Below, piece by piece: positions 46,851-56,634 of a stretch of 64,000 bases of DNA. Position 1 is the first letter of the stretch. The number at the start of each line of letters is the position of its first letter. Source of the stretch: a bacterium (GTDB taxonomy: Bacteria; SZUA-79; Acidulodesulfobacterales; Acidulodesulfobacteraceae); assembly GCA_021822485.1 (NCBI GenBank), contig JAKAQP010000002.1, positions 10,120 through 74,119 on the forward strand. The letters are read 5' to 3'. The notes beneath the pieces are model-generated. The model was not told the origin of the DNA. It made no database searches and worked only from the letters and a program-made list of their open reading frames with translations. The position numbers and the translations under genes were made by a program.

Positions 46851-48086
46851 CTATTCATACCTTAATGCTTCTACGGGGTTCATCCTCGATGCTTTAAAGG
46901 CTGGATAAAAGCCGAAAAATATTCCTACGCACAGAGAAAATACGACGGAGATTATTATAGGTTCCGCCGTCACTACGGTTTTAAGGGGAGAGAAAGCGGA
47001 AATTGCGCTTGAGATTCCAAAGCCGAGACCGATTCCGAGCAGTCCTCCGAAAAGGCTTAAAACGGCTGATTCTATCAGAAACTGTTTAAGGATATCGGAT
47101 TTTTTAGCGCCTATAGCCATTCTTATTCCTATTTCCTTAGTTCTTTCGGTAACGGAAACAAGCATTATATTCATTATGCCTATGCCGCCTACCAGTAGGG
47201 AAACCGCTGCAATGCTTGCGAGAAGAATGGTAAAAGTAGCGGCGCTTGAATTTGCCGCCTGAGCTATTTCGGTAAGGTTTCTGACGAAAAAGTCGTTAGG
47301 TTTATTAAGCGGTATATGATGTCTTTGCCTTAATAGCTGCGTAATTTGTTGCTGGGCAATAACCGTATCTTTCTGGGTTTTTGCGGAAACCGCTATAGCG
47401 TGTACCCATGTAGTTCCTGCAATCTTTTCCATCATAGTAGTTATAGGTATAACAACAATGTCGTCCTGGTCTTGTCCGAAAGCGTTAAATCCTTTAATAG
47501 ATAAAAGACCTATAACGGTAAACGGAACGCTGTGAATAATTATTATGTGCCCTATGGGATTTATAAGCCCGAAAAGTTCGGTTGCGGCCGTGTTTCCTAT
47601 TACGGCTACATTAGCCGCTGAAGCAACCTGCTGCGGAGTAAAAAACGTTCCTTTTGCTATCGGCCATTTTCTGACTATAGGGAATGTAGAATCTGCCCCG
47701 TTAATCAAAGTTGACCAGTTGTTCCCCCTCCATATTACCTGCTGAGACATGCCGAGTATTGCGGTGTCGGTTTTAACGGAAGAAAGGTTTCTTATTGAGT
47801 AGGCATCGTTCAGCGTCAGCGTAGGCAGTACTCCGAAACCGCTGTTTATTCCTCCGAGCGACGACGAACCCGGAAGTATAATCAGCATATTGGAACCCAT
47901 CGAGTTAATGGAATTCTGAATAGCTTTAGAAGCGCCCTGTCCGATGCCTATCGTTGCGATAACCGAGCCTACGCCTATAATAATTCCGAGTATCGTCAAA
48001 AACGACCTTATTTTATTTCTCAACAGGGTTTTATATGCCGATTCCAAGTCAAGAAAAAAAGCAAATTTTACGCGTTTTCGTTTCAT
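46851..48086 (-). CDS. ABC transporter permease, MacB/FtsX family
   Basis: 411 aa. N-terminal TM helix, large periplasmic MacB_PCD-like domain, C-terminal FtsX 3-TM bundle. 4-bp overlap with the ATPase gene. Confidence 0.85.
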   Translation of the reverse strand: MKRKRVKFAFFLDLESAYKTLLRNKIRSFLTILGIIIGVGSVIATIGIGQGASKAIQNSINSMGSNMLIILPGSSSLGGINSGFGVLPTLTLNDAYSIRNLSSVKTDTAILGMSQQVIWRGNNWSTLINGADSTFPIVRKWPIAKGTFFTPQQVASAANVAVIGNTAATELFGLINPIGHIIIIHSVPFTVIGLLSIKGFNAFGQDQDDIVVIPITTMMEKIAGTTWVHAIAVSAKTQKDTVIAQQQITQLLRQRHHIPLNKPNDFFVRNLTEIAQAANSSAATFTILLASIAAVSLLVGGIGIMNIMLVSVTERTKEIGIRMAIGAKKSDILKQFLIESAVLSLFGGLLGIGLGFGISSAISAFSPLKTVVTAEPIIISVVFSLCVGIFFGFYPAFKASRMNPVEALRYE

Positions 48087-48805
48087 ATTTTTTTTATGGT
48101 TTCCGAAGACAAAATAATTCCGTCTTTTACCGTTATAAGTCTTTTTGCATAATCTGCTATATGCTTATCGTGCGTTACCAAAATTATAGTAGCGCCCCTT
48201 TCAGTATTAATTTTTTCAAAAAAATTCATAACGTCCGCCCCTCTTACGGAGTCGAGATTACCCGTAGGTTCGTCCGCCATTATTATAGGGGCGTCGTTTA
48301 CTACGGCTCTTGCTATAGCTACTCTTTGCTGTTCTCCGCCGGATATCTGATTCGGAAATTTATTTCCTTTTTCCGAAAGATCGACGAGCTTTAAAGCTTT
48401 TAATGCCATTTCTTCCGAATCTTTTGAATGATAGCCTGAATAATAAAGCGGCAGCATAACGTTTTCAATAATAGAAAGCCTCTGTATAAGATTAAAACCC
48501 TGAAATACGAAGCCTATTTTTTTGTTTCTAATTTCGGCAAGCTCGTCCGGCGTAAGTCCTGACACATCTCTTCCTTCGAGAAAATAGCTTCCGGAAGTAG
48601 GTTTATCCAAGCATCCTAATATGTTCATTAGAGTAGATTTCCCTGAGCCGGATGCGCCCATTATCGAAACGAATTCCCCGTTTTCTACGGTAAGGTTTAT
48701 TCCTTTAAGAACTTCATAAGAAATATCGCCTATTTTATAAATCATGCCGATATTTTCAAGCCTTATAAGAGAAACGTTGTTTTTAGTATTATAGCTGTTT
48801 GTCAT
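48083..48805 (-). CDS. ABC transporter ATP-binding protein (MacB/LolD-type)
   Basis: 240 aa. Walker A GASGSGKST, signature ISGGEQQR, Walker B IIMADEPT. Confidence 0.9.
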   Translation of the reverse strand: MTNSYNTKNNVSLIRLENIGMIYKIGDISYEVLKGINLTVENGEFVSIMGASGSGKSTLMNILGCLDKPTSGSYFLEGRDVSGLTPDELAEIRNKKIGFVFQGFNLIQRLSIIENVMLPLYYSGYHSKDSEEMALKALKLVDLSEKGNKFPNQISGGEQQRVAIARAVVNDAPIIMADEPTGNLDSVRGADVMNFFEKINTERGATIILVTHDKHIADYAKRLITVKDGIILSSETIKKI

Positions 48806-48813
48806 ATTATATT

Positions 48814-50004
48814 TTAGAAGAACATCCTTCTTCCCGGAGCCGCCGCGCTTTTAGAGGAAGATTGCATGCCCGTTATTACTTCGGTGCCGCTCTTAATATC
48901 TTTCGAAGCGACCTCCGTATATTCGTCGTTATTTATACCAAGTTTTACTATAACCGGTTTGGGAACGCCGTTTTCCAATACCCATACGACGCCTTCGCCG
49001 ACTTTTAATTCTTTCGTGATATTATTTAAAACCTGTTTGTTTTCTCCGGTCGGAATAAATCTTAAAGCCGAATTAGGGACGCCGAGGATGCCTTTTTTTT
49101 CCGAAACGTAAATTTTAACGATAGCGGTCATTCCCGGAAGCACCTTCTCGTCGTCGTTATTAAAAAATATCGTGACGTTATAGCTGACGACTCCGGAAAC
49201 GGTCGTAGGATTAATTCTTATATTATGAACGCTGCCCCATACGGTTTTATCGGGATATGCATATACGGTAAATGACGCCCTGTCGCCTTTTTTAATGCCG
49301 CCGAGGTCGGCTTCGTTGGTAGTCGTGTCTATTTCCATTCTTTTTATGTTTTCGCCTATTACGAAAAGGTTCGGCGTTTGAAAACTTGAAGCGACGGTCT
49401 GTCCGACCACGACGCCTACATTTATTATAATGCCGTTAACCGGCGAATATATATTTGTGTAAGAAAGATTCGTTTCGTCCTGCCCCAATTGGGCCTTAGC
49501 CGCATTTACCGCATCTTCTAAATATTTAAGCTGGGCTACATCTTGGAGATAAACGCTGTAGGCGTTTTGTTCCGTCTGATGCGCTATCAAGTTTTCTTTC
49601 CATAATTTTTTGTCCCTGATATAAGTCAGCCTGTCGTACGATAACGCCGCTTTTTGCTTAAGGACGTTTGCTTCGGCAGAAGCGAGATTAGCTTTGTCCT
49701 GGTCGACTTTTTGGATAAAAGGGGCAGGATCTATCTGGGCTAAAAGTTGTCCTTTTTTGACTATAGAGTTATACCAGACGTAAAGTTTTGAAAATATTCC
49801 CGATACCTGCGCTCCCACGTTTATAGTATTTATAGGATTAGCCGTTCCGGTAGTAGTAACGTATTTTTGTATTGTAATGGGTTTTACCAGATAAAGGTTG
49901 TAAGAAACTTTATGCGTTTTAGATTTTATAATAAAATAAGACGCTAAAGATATCGCAAGTAAAATTATAACCGAGATTATAATAATTTTTTTATTTTTTT
50001 TCAT
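48814..50004 (-). CDS. efflux periplasmic adaptor (HlyD/MacA family)
   Basis: 396 aa. Signal anchor, lipoyl-like and coiled-coil hairpin regions, beta-barrel C-terminus. Confidence 0.85.
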   Translation of the reverse strand: MKKNKKIIIISVIILLAISLASYFIIKSKTHKVSYNLYLVKPITIQKYVTTTGTANPINTINVGAQVSGIFSKLYVWYNSIVKKGQLLAQIDPAPFIQKVDQDKANLASAEANVLKQKAALSYDRLTYIRDKKLWKENLIAHQTEQNAYSVYLQDVAQLKYLEDAVNAAKAQLGQDETNLSYTNIYSPVNGIIINVGVVVGQTVASSFQTPNLFVIGENIKRMEIDTTTNEADLGGIKKGDRASFTVYAYPDKTVWGSVHNIRINPTTVSGVVSYNVTIFFNNDDEKVLPGMTAIVKIYVSEKKGILGVPNSALRFIPTGENKQVLNNITKELKVGEGVVWVLENGVPKPVIVKLGINNDEYTEVASKDIKSGTEVITGMQSSSKSAAAPGRRMFF

Positions 50005-50017
50005 TATTTCACCTTTA

Positions 50018-51367
50018 TTATTTTAAATAATGTTGCGGTATTAATCCAAGGTCCGAATACAGCTTAGCTTTTAGATAAAAATATGTGTATCTGCCGTTTA
50101 TATAGCTTGTCAATGAGGAAATATACTGTGCGTTTGCAGTTACGAGCTGAACCATGGAACCTACTCCCACTTCGTAGCTTTTAAAAGCAAGAGTATAAGC
50201 AAGTTTCGAAGCTTTTTCGGAAGATTTCAGCGCTTTAACCGTTAAATACTGGTTGTTTAAAGCGTAATAATCGCTTGAAACGCCGTAAACCAAGTTGTTT
50301 TCGGTAAGTTTTTTATTCCAAATAGAACCGTTTAACGCCGCTTTGGAATAATCTATTTTATTTTGAGTTAAAAATCCGTTAAAAATAGGTATTGAAACCG
50401 AAAGTCCCGCAGAATAATTTCTGTTAAGCGGAAAAGCCGAATTTTCTCCGGTATATGAAAAATCTGCGTTAAAAGACGGATAATAACCGCTGTCCGACTG
50501 TTTAACGGAAGCCTTTGCCGCTTTTACCGCATACAGAGCCTGTTTTAACTGAGGATTATTTTTAACTGCCGATTTAATAAGCCTTTGCAGTTTGCTTTTA
50601 AAAGGTTTAAATTTTAAGGTATTTACGAAAACATAGTTTTTTGAAGGCGGAAGCCCTATAGAATTTAACAGAGCCAGCCTTGCTATGCGGACGCTGAATA
50701 TAGAATTTATATAAGCGGCTTTTGCCGTTTCCATGGTAGCTTTTGCAGTTTCCGCGTCTAAAAGGTCGCCCGTTCCGACTTTGTAAAATGCTTTTGCGGC
50801 TTTATACTGCATTTCGTCGTTTTTAAGGTTTTCTTTGTCGGCTTTCATTAATTCTTTGTCGGCAAAATATTCGGCAAAATTTAAAATAACGTTATATAAA
50901 TCGCTGTTTACGGCATAATTATAACCTGCGTTTGCCCCCTTCATCTGATATTTTGCGTTAAGATAGCCGTAATAGCGCGAGCCGAAAGAATAAAGCATAT
51001 ACGTCGCATTCAAAGACGCCGAATAGTCGTTTAAGGAGTAGTTTATACCAGGCTCCGTAATTACCTGTCCTCCGGAAATTACGGTATTATTATCTACGTC
51101 CATAACTGAATTTTTTGAAAATCCTGCGCTTGCGGAAATTTGCGGATAATATTGAGAAAGAGTTTCATTTTTTGTATATACGGACGAAAGATATGAATAT
51201 TTTGAAGTTAATATTCCTGGGTAAAGTTTGACCGCAAGCCTTAACGCATCTTTTAAGGTTATAATTTTTTTTGTTGCGCCGTAAGAATTTCCGGCGTTAA
51301 TAAATAACAATGCGACAATTAAGAAAAACAAAGGCAGTGTTATTTTTTTTATGGTTTTAATATTCAT
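50018..51367 (-). CDS. TolC-family outer-membrane efflux protein
   Basis: 449 aa. Signal peptide and two internal repeats of the TolC/OEP coiled-coil/beta pattern. First gene of the tolC-macA-macB operon. Confidence 0.8.
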   Translation of the reverse strand: MNIKTIKKITLPLFFLIVALLFINAGNSYGATKKIITLKDALRLAVKLYPGILTSKYSYLSSVYTKNETLSQYYPQISASAGFSKNSVMDVDNNTVISGGQVITEPGINYSLNDYSASLNATYMLYSFGSRYYGYLNAKYQMKGANAGYNYAVNSDLYNVILNFAEYFADKELMKADKENLKNDEMQYKAAKAFYKVGTGDLLDAETAKATMETAKAAYINSIFSVRIARLALLNSIGLPPSKNYVFVNTLKFKPFKSKLQRLIKSAVKNNPQLKQALYAVKAAKASVKQSDSGYYPSFNADFSYTGENSAFPLNRNYSAGLSVSIPIFNGFLTQNKIDYSKAALNGSIWNKKLTENNLVYGVSSDYYALNNQYLTVKALKSSEKASKLAYTLAFKSYEVGVGSMVQLVTANAQYISSLTSYINGRYTYFYLKAKLYSDLGLIPQHYLK

Positions 51368-51418
51368 TTTATATTATTATATTATATAGATTATTATATA
51401 TCGATATTATATTAAATT

Positions 51419-51455
51419 ATGGGGGCTGAATTCAATTATGTCCCCATAACAAATT
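51419..51455 (+). repeat. palindromic box-hairpin element, copy F (solo)
   Basis: ATGGGGGCTGAATT-C-AATTATGTCCCCAT followed by AACAAATT (a degenerate box on the right-hand side). It lies in the divergent tolC / rimO spacer. Confidence 0.65.
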
Positions 51456-51594
51456 ATAACGTCGCATTGTTAATAAATAATTAATAAATTATAAATAGAA
51501 AAAATATAATGCATAATCATTAATTAAATAATGTTAATCAATAATAATCATAATGACTTTAAAGTCACTTGTCAATATAAATATTTCTGAGTAA

Positions 51595-52941
51595 ATGTCT
51601 TTAACTTTTAATCTTATAAGCCTAGGTTGTCCTAAAAATCAGGTAGATTCGGAAACTATGTTTACCCGTCTCGAAAAGTCGGATATAAGATTTACTTCCG
51701 ATTCCTACGGCTGCGATATCTGCGTAGTAAATACCTGCGGATTTATAGAAGCGGCAAGAAAAGAATCTATAGACGTAATAATGGAAGCCGTCGAAAAAAA
51801 ACAGTCCGGCTCAATAAAATATATCGCGGTAACGGGGTGTATGGTTAACAATAACATAGAAACCCTTAAAAAAGAACTGCCCGAAGTCGATATTTTTCTG
51901 ACTACTTTTGACGAAGAAAAAATAGTAGAAGAAATAGAGGCGGCGACCGGTAAAAAAATATCGGCCGGGCATGCCGTGCATAAAAAAAATAAAAAATTCG
52001 AGAGAGAACATTTTAACCTAAAAAGCACGGCATATCTTAAAATATCGGAAGGATGCAGCAGGTCTTGTTCTTTCTGCACTATTCCTTCCATAAGAGGAGC
52101 ATACCGCTCGAAATCTATAGAAGAGATAAAAAATGAAGCCGAATATTTAGCTTCTGCAGGAGTCGAAGAGTTGATAATCGTTTCCCAAGATACATCTTAT
52201 TACGGAACGGATGCGGGAGTTAAAAACGGTTTATACGTTCTGCTGAAAGAGCTTATAAAGATAAAAGGCGTAAAATGGATAAGGCTTATGTATCTTTATC
52301 CTTCGGCGGCTTTGTTTACCGATGATTTAACAAGCATGTTTAATAATGAAGAAAAAATTTTAAAATATATAGATATGCCTGTTCAACACATAAGCGACAC
52401 AATTCTTAAACTTATGAAACGCGGCGAATCGAAAAAAGACGTTTTAAAAATTATAGAAAAAATAAAAAAAGAAATTCCGGAGGCTGCCCTAAGGACTTCT
52501 CTTATTACGGGTTTCCCGGGAGAAACGGATAAAGACTTCGAAGAATTATCGGCGTTCGTCAAAGACGTAAAATTCGACAACCTCGGAGTTTTTAAATATT
52601 CGGACGAAATGTCGGCCGGTTCATATAAATATAACCAAAAAGTAAGCGCAAAAATTAAATCCGAAAGATATAAAATTTTAATGGAAACCCAAAAATCGCT
52701 TATCGGTTCGATAATGTCTAAACACTTGGGGCGGACGTACGAAGCGGTTATCGACGAAATAAACAATAAAACGGTAAAGTTGAGGACATACTTTCAATCT
52801 CCAGATATTGACGGATATACATATATGTATTCAGAAGACTTAAAAAATAGTCGCGGTTATATTGCAAAAAAAAATTTTATTTACGTTAACATCAATAAAA
52901 TTAAGGGTTACGACCTCTTATGCAAGCCTTCGGCTATATAA
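51595..52941 (+). CDS. rimO: ribosomal protein S12 methylthiotransferase RimO
   Basis: 448 aa. LGCPKNQVDSE, VNTCGFI, radical-SAM CSRSCSFC, TRAM C-terminus. Confidence 0.85.
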   Translation: MSLTFNLISLGCPKNQVDSETMFTRLEKSDIRFTSDSYGCDICVVNTCGFIEAARKESIDVIMEAVEKKQSGSIKYIAVTGCMVNNNIETLKKELPEVDIFLTTFDEEKIVEEIEAATGKKISAGHAVHKKNKKFEREHFNLKSTAYLKISEGCSRSCSFCTIPSIRGAYRSKSIEEIKNEAEYLASAGVEELIIVSQDTSYYGTDAGVKNGLYVLLKELIKIKGVKWIRLMYLYPSAALFTDDLTSMFNNEEKILKYIDMPVQHISDTILKLMKRGESKKDVLKIIEKIKKEIPEAALRTSLITGFPGETDKDFEELSAFVKDVKFDNLGVFKYSDEMSAGSYKYNQKVSAKIKSERYKILMETQKSLIGSIMSKHLGRTYEAVIDEINNKTVKLRTYFQSPDIDGYTYMYSEDLKNSRGYIAKKNFIYVNINKIKGYDLLCKPSAI

Positions 52942-52958
52942 TTAACAGTTAAAATCTC

Positions 52959-52987
52959 TTGACTAAAATTTAATTTAGTTTTATAAT
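52959..52987 (+). promoter_or_regulatory. near-consensus sigma70-type promoter of the hdr-flx operon
   Basis: TTGACT (52959-52964), exactly 17 nt, TATAAT (52982-52987). The predicted leader is about 105 nt. Confidence 0.55.
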
Positions 52988-53009
52988 TAAGAACGGCATT
53001 TTAAAATCG

Positions 53010-53070
53010 AATACAAAAACAAAAAATATCAAATATCGATTATCGATTTACAATACAAAAACAAAAAATA
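53010..53070 (+). promoter_or_regulatory. two perfect 19-nt direct repeats in the hdr leader
   Basis: AATACAAAAACAAAAAATA at 53010-53028 and 53052-53070, separated by a segment with two ATCGAT palindromes (53035-53040, 53042-53047). Confidence 0.5.
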
Positions 53071-53099
53071 AATTCAATTTTCAATTCAGGGACAAAGCT

Positions 53100-53648
53100 A
53101 TGAAGACGGTTTTAAATGAACAAAACAGGCGGAATTTTGTCGCACAGGTCGAGTCTATGCTGCACGACAAACTATCTAAGTGCTATCAATGCGGCAAATG
53201 TTCGGCGGGATGCCCCGTTAATTTTGAAATGGATTATACTCCAAACCAAATTATAAAAATGACCGAACTTGGAATGGAAGATAGCGTTTTAAATTCTAAG
53301 ACGATATGGCTGTGCGTTTCGTGCAATACATGTTCGACAAGATGCCCGAAAGGGTTTGAAGTTACCGGAATAATGGATGTTCTTAGGGAAATAGCCGAGA
53401 GAAAAGGGATAACTTCAAAAACGGAAAAAGAAGTACAGATGTTTCACGAAGTTTTTTTGGAAAACGTCAAGTCGCACGGAAGAATTTTCGAACTTGAATT
53501 AGTCGGCAAATATAAATTAAAAACAAAGCATCTTTTCAGAGATATGTTTTTGGCTCCAAAAATGCTCGAAAAAGGAAAACTTAAAATTCACGGAGAAAAA
53601 ATTTCCAATTTAAATCAAGTAGCAAAAATTTTTAAGGATTTCGAGTAA
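53100..53648 (+). CDS. hdrC: heterodisulfide reductase subunit C
   Basis: 182 aa. Two ferredoxin-type motifs, CYQCGKCSAGCP and CVSCNTCSTRCP. Confidence 0.8.
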   Translation: MKTVLNEQNRRNFVAQVESMLHDKLSKCYQCGKCSAGCPVNFEMDYTPNQIIKMTELGMEDSVLNSKTIWLCVSCNTCSTRCPKGFEVTGIMDVLREIAERKGITSKTEKEVQMFHEVFLENVKSHGRIFELELVGKYKLKTKHLFRDMFLAPKMLEKGKLKIHGEKISNLNQVAKIFKDFE

Positions 53649-53673
53649 AAAGTTAAAGGAGAAATTAAAAAAT

Positions 53674-54552
53674 ATGAAATTAGCATATTACCCCGGATGT
53701 TCGTTAAAAGGAACGTCGTTTGAATATGAAGTATCGTTGTTAAAAATTCTTGAAGCTATGAACATAGAGGTCAAGGAAATTCCCGACTGGAACTGCTGCG
53801 GCGCTTCAGCGGCACACAGCATTAACCATAATCTTGCTATAGCTCTTCCGGCAAGAAATCTTGCCATAGCCGAAAAAGACGGTTTCGAATCCGTCCTTGC
53901 CCCCTGCGCCGCCTGTTCAAACAGGCTTAAAAACGCCGATTACGAATTAAAGAATGACGATATATTAAAAAAGAAAATAACCAATTCCTTAGAAATGCCA
54001 TACGATTCCCAAATGAGCATCAACAACATGCTCGAATTCCTTATAGGCGTAGTCGGCAAAGACAAGATAAAATCGATGGTTAAAAAACCGCTTGCGGGAC
54101 TTAAAGTTGCATCATATTACGGCTGTTTATTAGTAAGACCTCCTAAAGTTATGCAGTTCGACGACCCCGAAAATCCGGTTACCATGGACGAGCTGGTTTC
54201 TCTTACCGGAGCGGAGCCGGTGGACTATTCATATAAAACCGAATGCTGCGGGGCTATTAATTCCCTTTCCAAACCGGACGTAGTTATGGCTTTGACGGGA
54301 AAAGTTTTGTACGATGCCAAAAATCACGGAGCAGACGTCGTAGTCGTCGCCTGTCCCCTGTGTCATTCAAATTTAGACGTCAGGCAGAAGGAAATAGAAA
54401 GAAAATACGAAGAAAAAATAGGCTTGCCGGTTTTGTTTATTACGGAGCTTCTGGGTCTTTCTTTTGGAATTAATCCTAAAGACCTTGCGATAGACGGACA
54501 TATGGTTGCGGCAGACAGGGTATTGAAAAAAATAGAAGAATTATCTAAATAA
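53674..54552 (+). CDS. hdrB: heterodisulfide reductase subunit B
   Basis: 292 aa. Two CCG domains (YPGC...NCCGAS...CAAC; YYGC...ECCGA...CPLC). Confidence 0.85.
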   Translation: MKLAYYPGCSLKGTSFEYEVSLLKILEAMNIEVKEIPDWNCCGASAAHSINHNLAIALPARNLAIAEKDGFESVLAPCAACSNRLKNADYELKNDDILKKKITNSLEMPYDSQMSINNMLEFLIGVVGKDKIKSMVKKPLAGLKVASYYGCLLVRPPKVMQFDDPENPVTMDELVSLTGAEPVDYSYKTECCGAINSLSKPDVVMALTGKVLYDAKNHGADVVVVACPLCHSNLDVRQKEIERKYEEKIGLPVLFITELLGLSFGINPKDLAIDGHMVAADRVLKKIEELSK

Positions 54553-54601
54553 GCAGTATAGATTATTTATTTATTAAGTTACATACGAGGGGTAAAATAT
54601 T

Positions 54602-56584
54602 ATGTCAAGAATAGGCGTGTTTGTCTGCTGGTGCGGTTCCAATATAGCGAGCACCGTCGACGTAGAAAAAGTAAGAGAGGAAGCTGCAAAAATACCCGGA
54701 GTTGTAAGCGCGCTCGATTACAAATATATGTGTTCCGATCCGGGGCAGAACAGCTTGAGAAACGTAATCAAAGAGAAAAATTTGACCGGCGTCGTACTTG
54801 CCGCATGCTCGCCGCATATGCACGAAAACACTTTCAGGAAAGCGGCGGTAAAAGAGGGATTAAATCCGTATTTCGTCGAAATAGCAAATATCAGAGAGCA
54901 GGTTTCATGGGTTCACGAAGATAAAGAAAGAGCTACCGCAAAAGCCGTCGATTTAATGAAAATGATGGTAGAAAAAGTAAAAAGGGATAAACCTATAGAA
55001 GACGTCAGAGTTCCACTAAATAAAAAAGCGCTGGTTATAGGCGGAGGCATTTCGGGAATACAGGCCGCTTTGGATATTGCAAACGGCGGAGTAGAAGTTG
55101 TATTGGTCGAGAAAGAACCGTCTATAGGCGGCAGAATGATACAGCTTGACGAAACTTTTCCTACCTTAGACTGTTCCAGTTGTATAATGACCCCAAAAAT
55201 GGTCGAAGTAAACCAGCACCCTAATATCAAATTATATACATATTCCGAAATAGAAGACGTTTCCGGCTATATAGGAAACTTCAAAGTAAAAATAAAGAAA
55301 AAAGCAAGAAGCGTCGTCGAAAAAGACTGTACCGGATGCGGCGAATGCTGGAATGCCTGTCCTATGCACAAAAACGTTAAAAGCGAGTTTAATTTAAACT
55401 TATCGGAAAGAACGGCAATATACGTTCCGTTTCCTCAAGCTGTGCCTCTAGTGCCGGTCTTAGACCGCTCGGTCTGCCTGCATTTTAAAAAAGGCGGCAA
55501 ATGTCAGAAATGTTTAGATGTCTGCGGTCCAAAGTGCATTGATTTCGGTTTGCAGGACGAAATAATAGAAGAAACCGTCGGCGCAATAGTAGCCGCCACA
55601 GGATACGACCTTATGGAAACTTCCATGTACGGAGAATACGGTTACGGAAAATATAAAGACGTAGTTTCCGGATTGCAGTTTGAAAGGCTTCTTTCGGCTT
55701 CCGGTCCTACCGAAGGCGTTATCAAAAGACCGTCCGACGGAAAAACTCCTCAAACTATAGTTTTCGTTCAGTGCGTCGGCTCTAGGGACCCCGAAAAAGG
55801 AGTTCCGTATTGTTCCAAAGTTTGCTGTATGTACACCGCAAAGCACGCAAAACTTTTTGCCCATAAGGTTCACGGCTCGCAGAGCTATGTTTTTTATATA
55901 GACATAAGATCTACAAGCAAGGGTTACGAAGAGTTCGTCAGAGGAACTATGGAGCAGGACGGAGCGGTTTATTTAAGAGGCAGGGTGTCTAAAATATATG
56001 AAGACAACGGAAAACTTATAGTAAAAGGAGCCGATACGCTTTCAGGGAATCAGGTAGAAATAGCTGCCGATATGGTTGTGCTTGCAACCGGCGTAATACC
56101 CAAAAAAGGTTCGGATAAACTTGCTCAAATGCTTGGAATATCATACGATAAATATGGTTTCTTAACCGAATCTCATCCTAAACTGAGACCTGCGGAATCT
56201 TCCACGGCAGGCATATTTCTTGCGGGTATGGCGCAGGGACCTAGGGATATTCCCGAATCCGTTGTTTCCGGTTCCGCGGCGGCATCAAAAATACTCGGCT
56301 TGTTTTCAAAAAGCGAGTATGAGGTCGAAGGAACTATATCGAGCGTTAACGAAGCAACCTGCGTTGCCTGTTTTTACTGCCAGAGAGTCTGCGCTTATAA
56401 TGCTATAAGCAGAAAAGAAATTAAAGACAGAAACGGCAATGTAGTAAAAGTAGTCGCCAACGTAAATCCCGGACTGTGTACCGGATGCGGAGCATGCGTG
56501 AATGCCTGCTTCTCTAAGTCCATCGACGTAAAAGGCTTTATGGATGACCAGATATATGCAGAAATTAAATCGTTAGCTGTATAA
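54602..56584 (+). CDS. hdrA: heterodisulfide reductase subunit A (FAD, multiple 4Fe-4S)
   Basis: 660 aa. FVCWCGSN start, FAD fold VIGGGISGIQAALD, ferredoxin motifs CTGCGECWNACP, CVACFYCQRVC and CTGCGACVNAC, and the CVGSRD region. Confidence 0.9.
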   Translation: MSRIGVFVCWCGSNIASTVDVEKVREEAAKIPGVVSALDYKYMCSDPGQNSLRNVIKEKNLTGVVLAACSPHMHENTFRKAAVKEGLNPYFVEIANIREQVSWVHEDKERATAKAVDLMKMMVEKVKRDKPIEDVRVPLNKKALVIGGGISGIQAALDIANGGVEVVLVEKEPSIGGRMIQLDETFPTLDCSSCIMTPKMVEVNQHPNIKLYTYSEIEDVSGYIGNFKVKIKKKARSVVEKDCTGCGECWNACPMHKNVKSEFNLNLSERTAIYVPFPQAVPLVPVLDRSVCLHFKKGGKCQKCLDVCGPKCIDFGLQDEIIEETVGAIVAATGYDLMETSMYGEYGYGKYKDVVSGLQFERLLSASGPTEGVIKRPSDGKTPQTIVFVQCVGSRDPEKGVPYCSKVCCMYTAKHAKLFAHKVHGSQSYVFYIDIRSTSKGYEEFVRGTMEQDGAVYLRGRVSKIYEDNGKLIVKGADTLSGNQVEIAADMVVLATGVIPKKGSDKLAQMLGISYDKYGFLTESHPKLRPAESSTAGIFLAGMAQGPRDIPESVVSGSAAASKILGLFSKSEYEVEGTISSVNEATCVACFYCQRVCAYNAISRKEIKDRNGNVVKVVANVNPGLCTGCGACVNACFSKSIDVKGFMDDQIYAEIKSLAV

Positions 56585-56592
56585 CTTATATA

Positions 56593-56630
56593 GAGTATCG
56601 TAATTCAATTGCGGTACTCACACAAAATTG
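56593..56630 (+). repeat. palindromic box-hairpin element, copy G1
   Basis: GAGTATCGTAATT-C-AATTGCGGTACTC (13 bp, two T:G pairs) followed by the box ACACAAAATTG. It starts 9 nt after the hdrA stop. Confidence 0.75.
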
Positions 56631-56634
56631 AACC

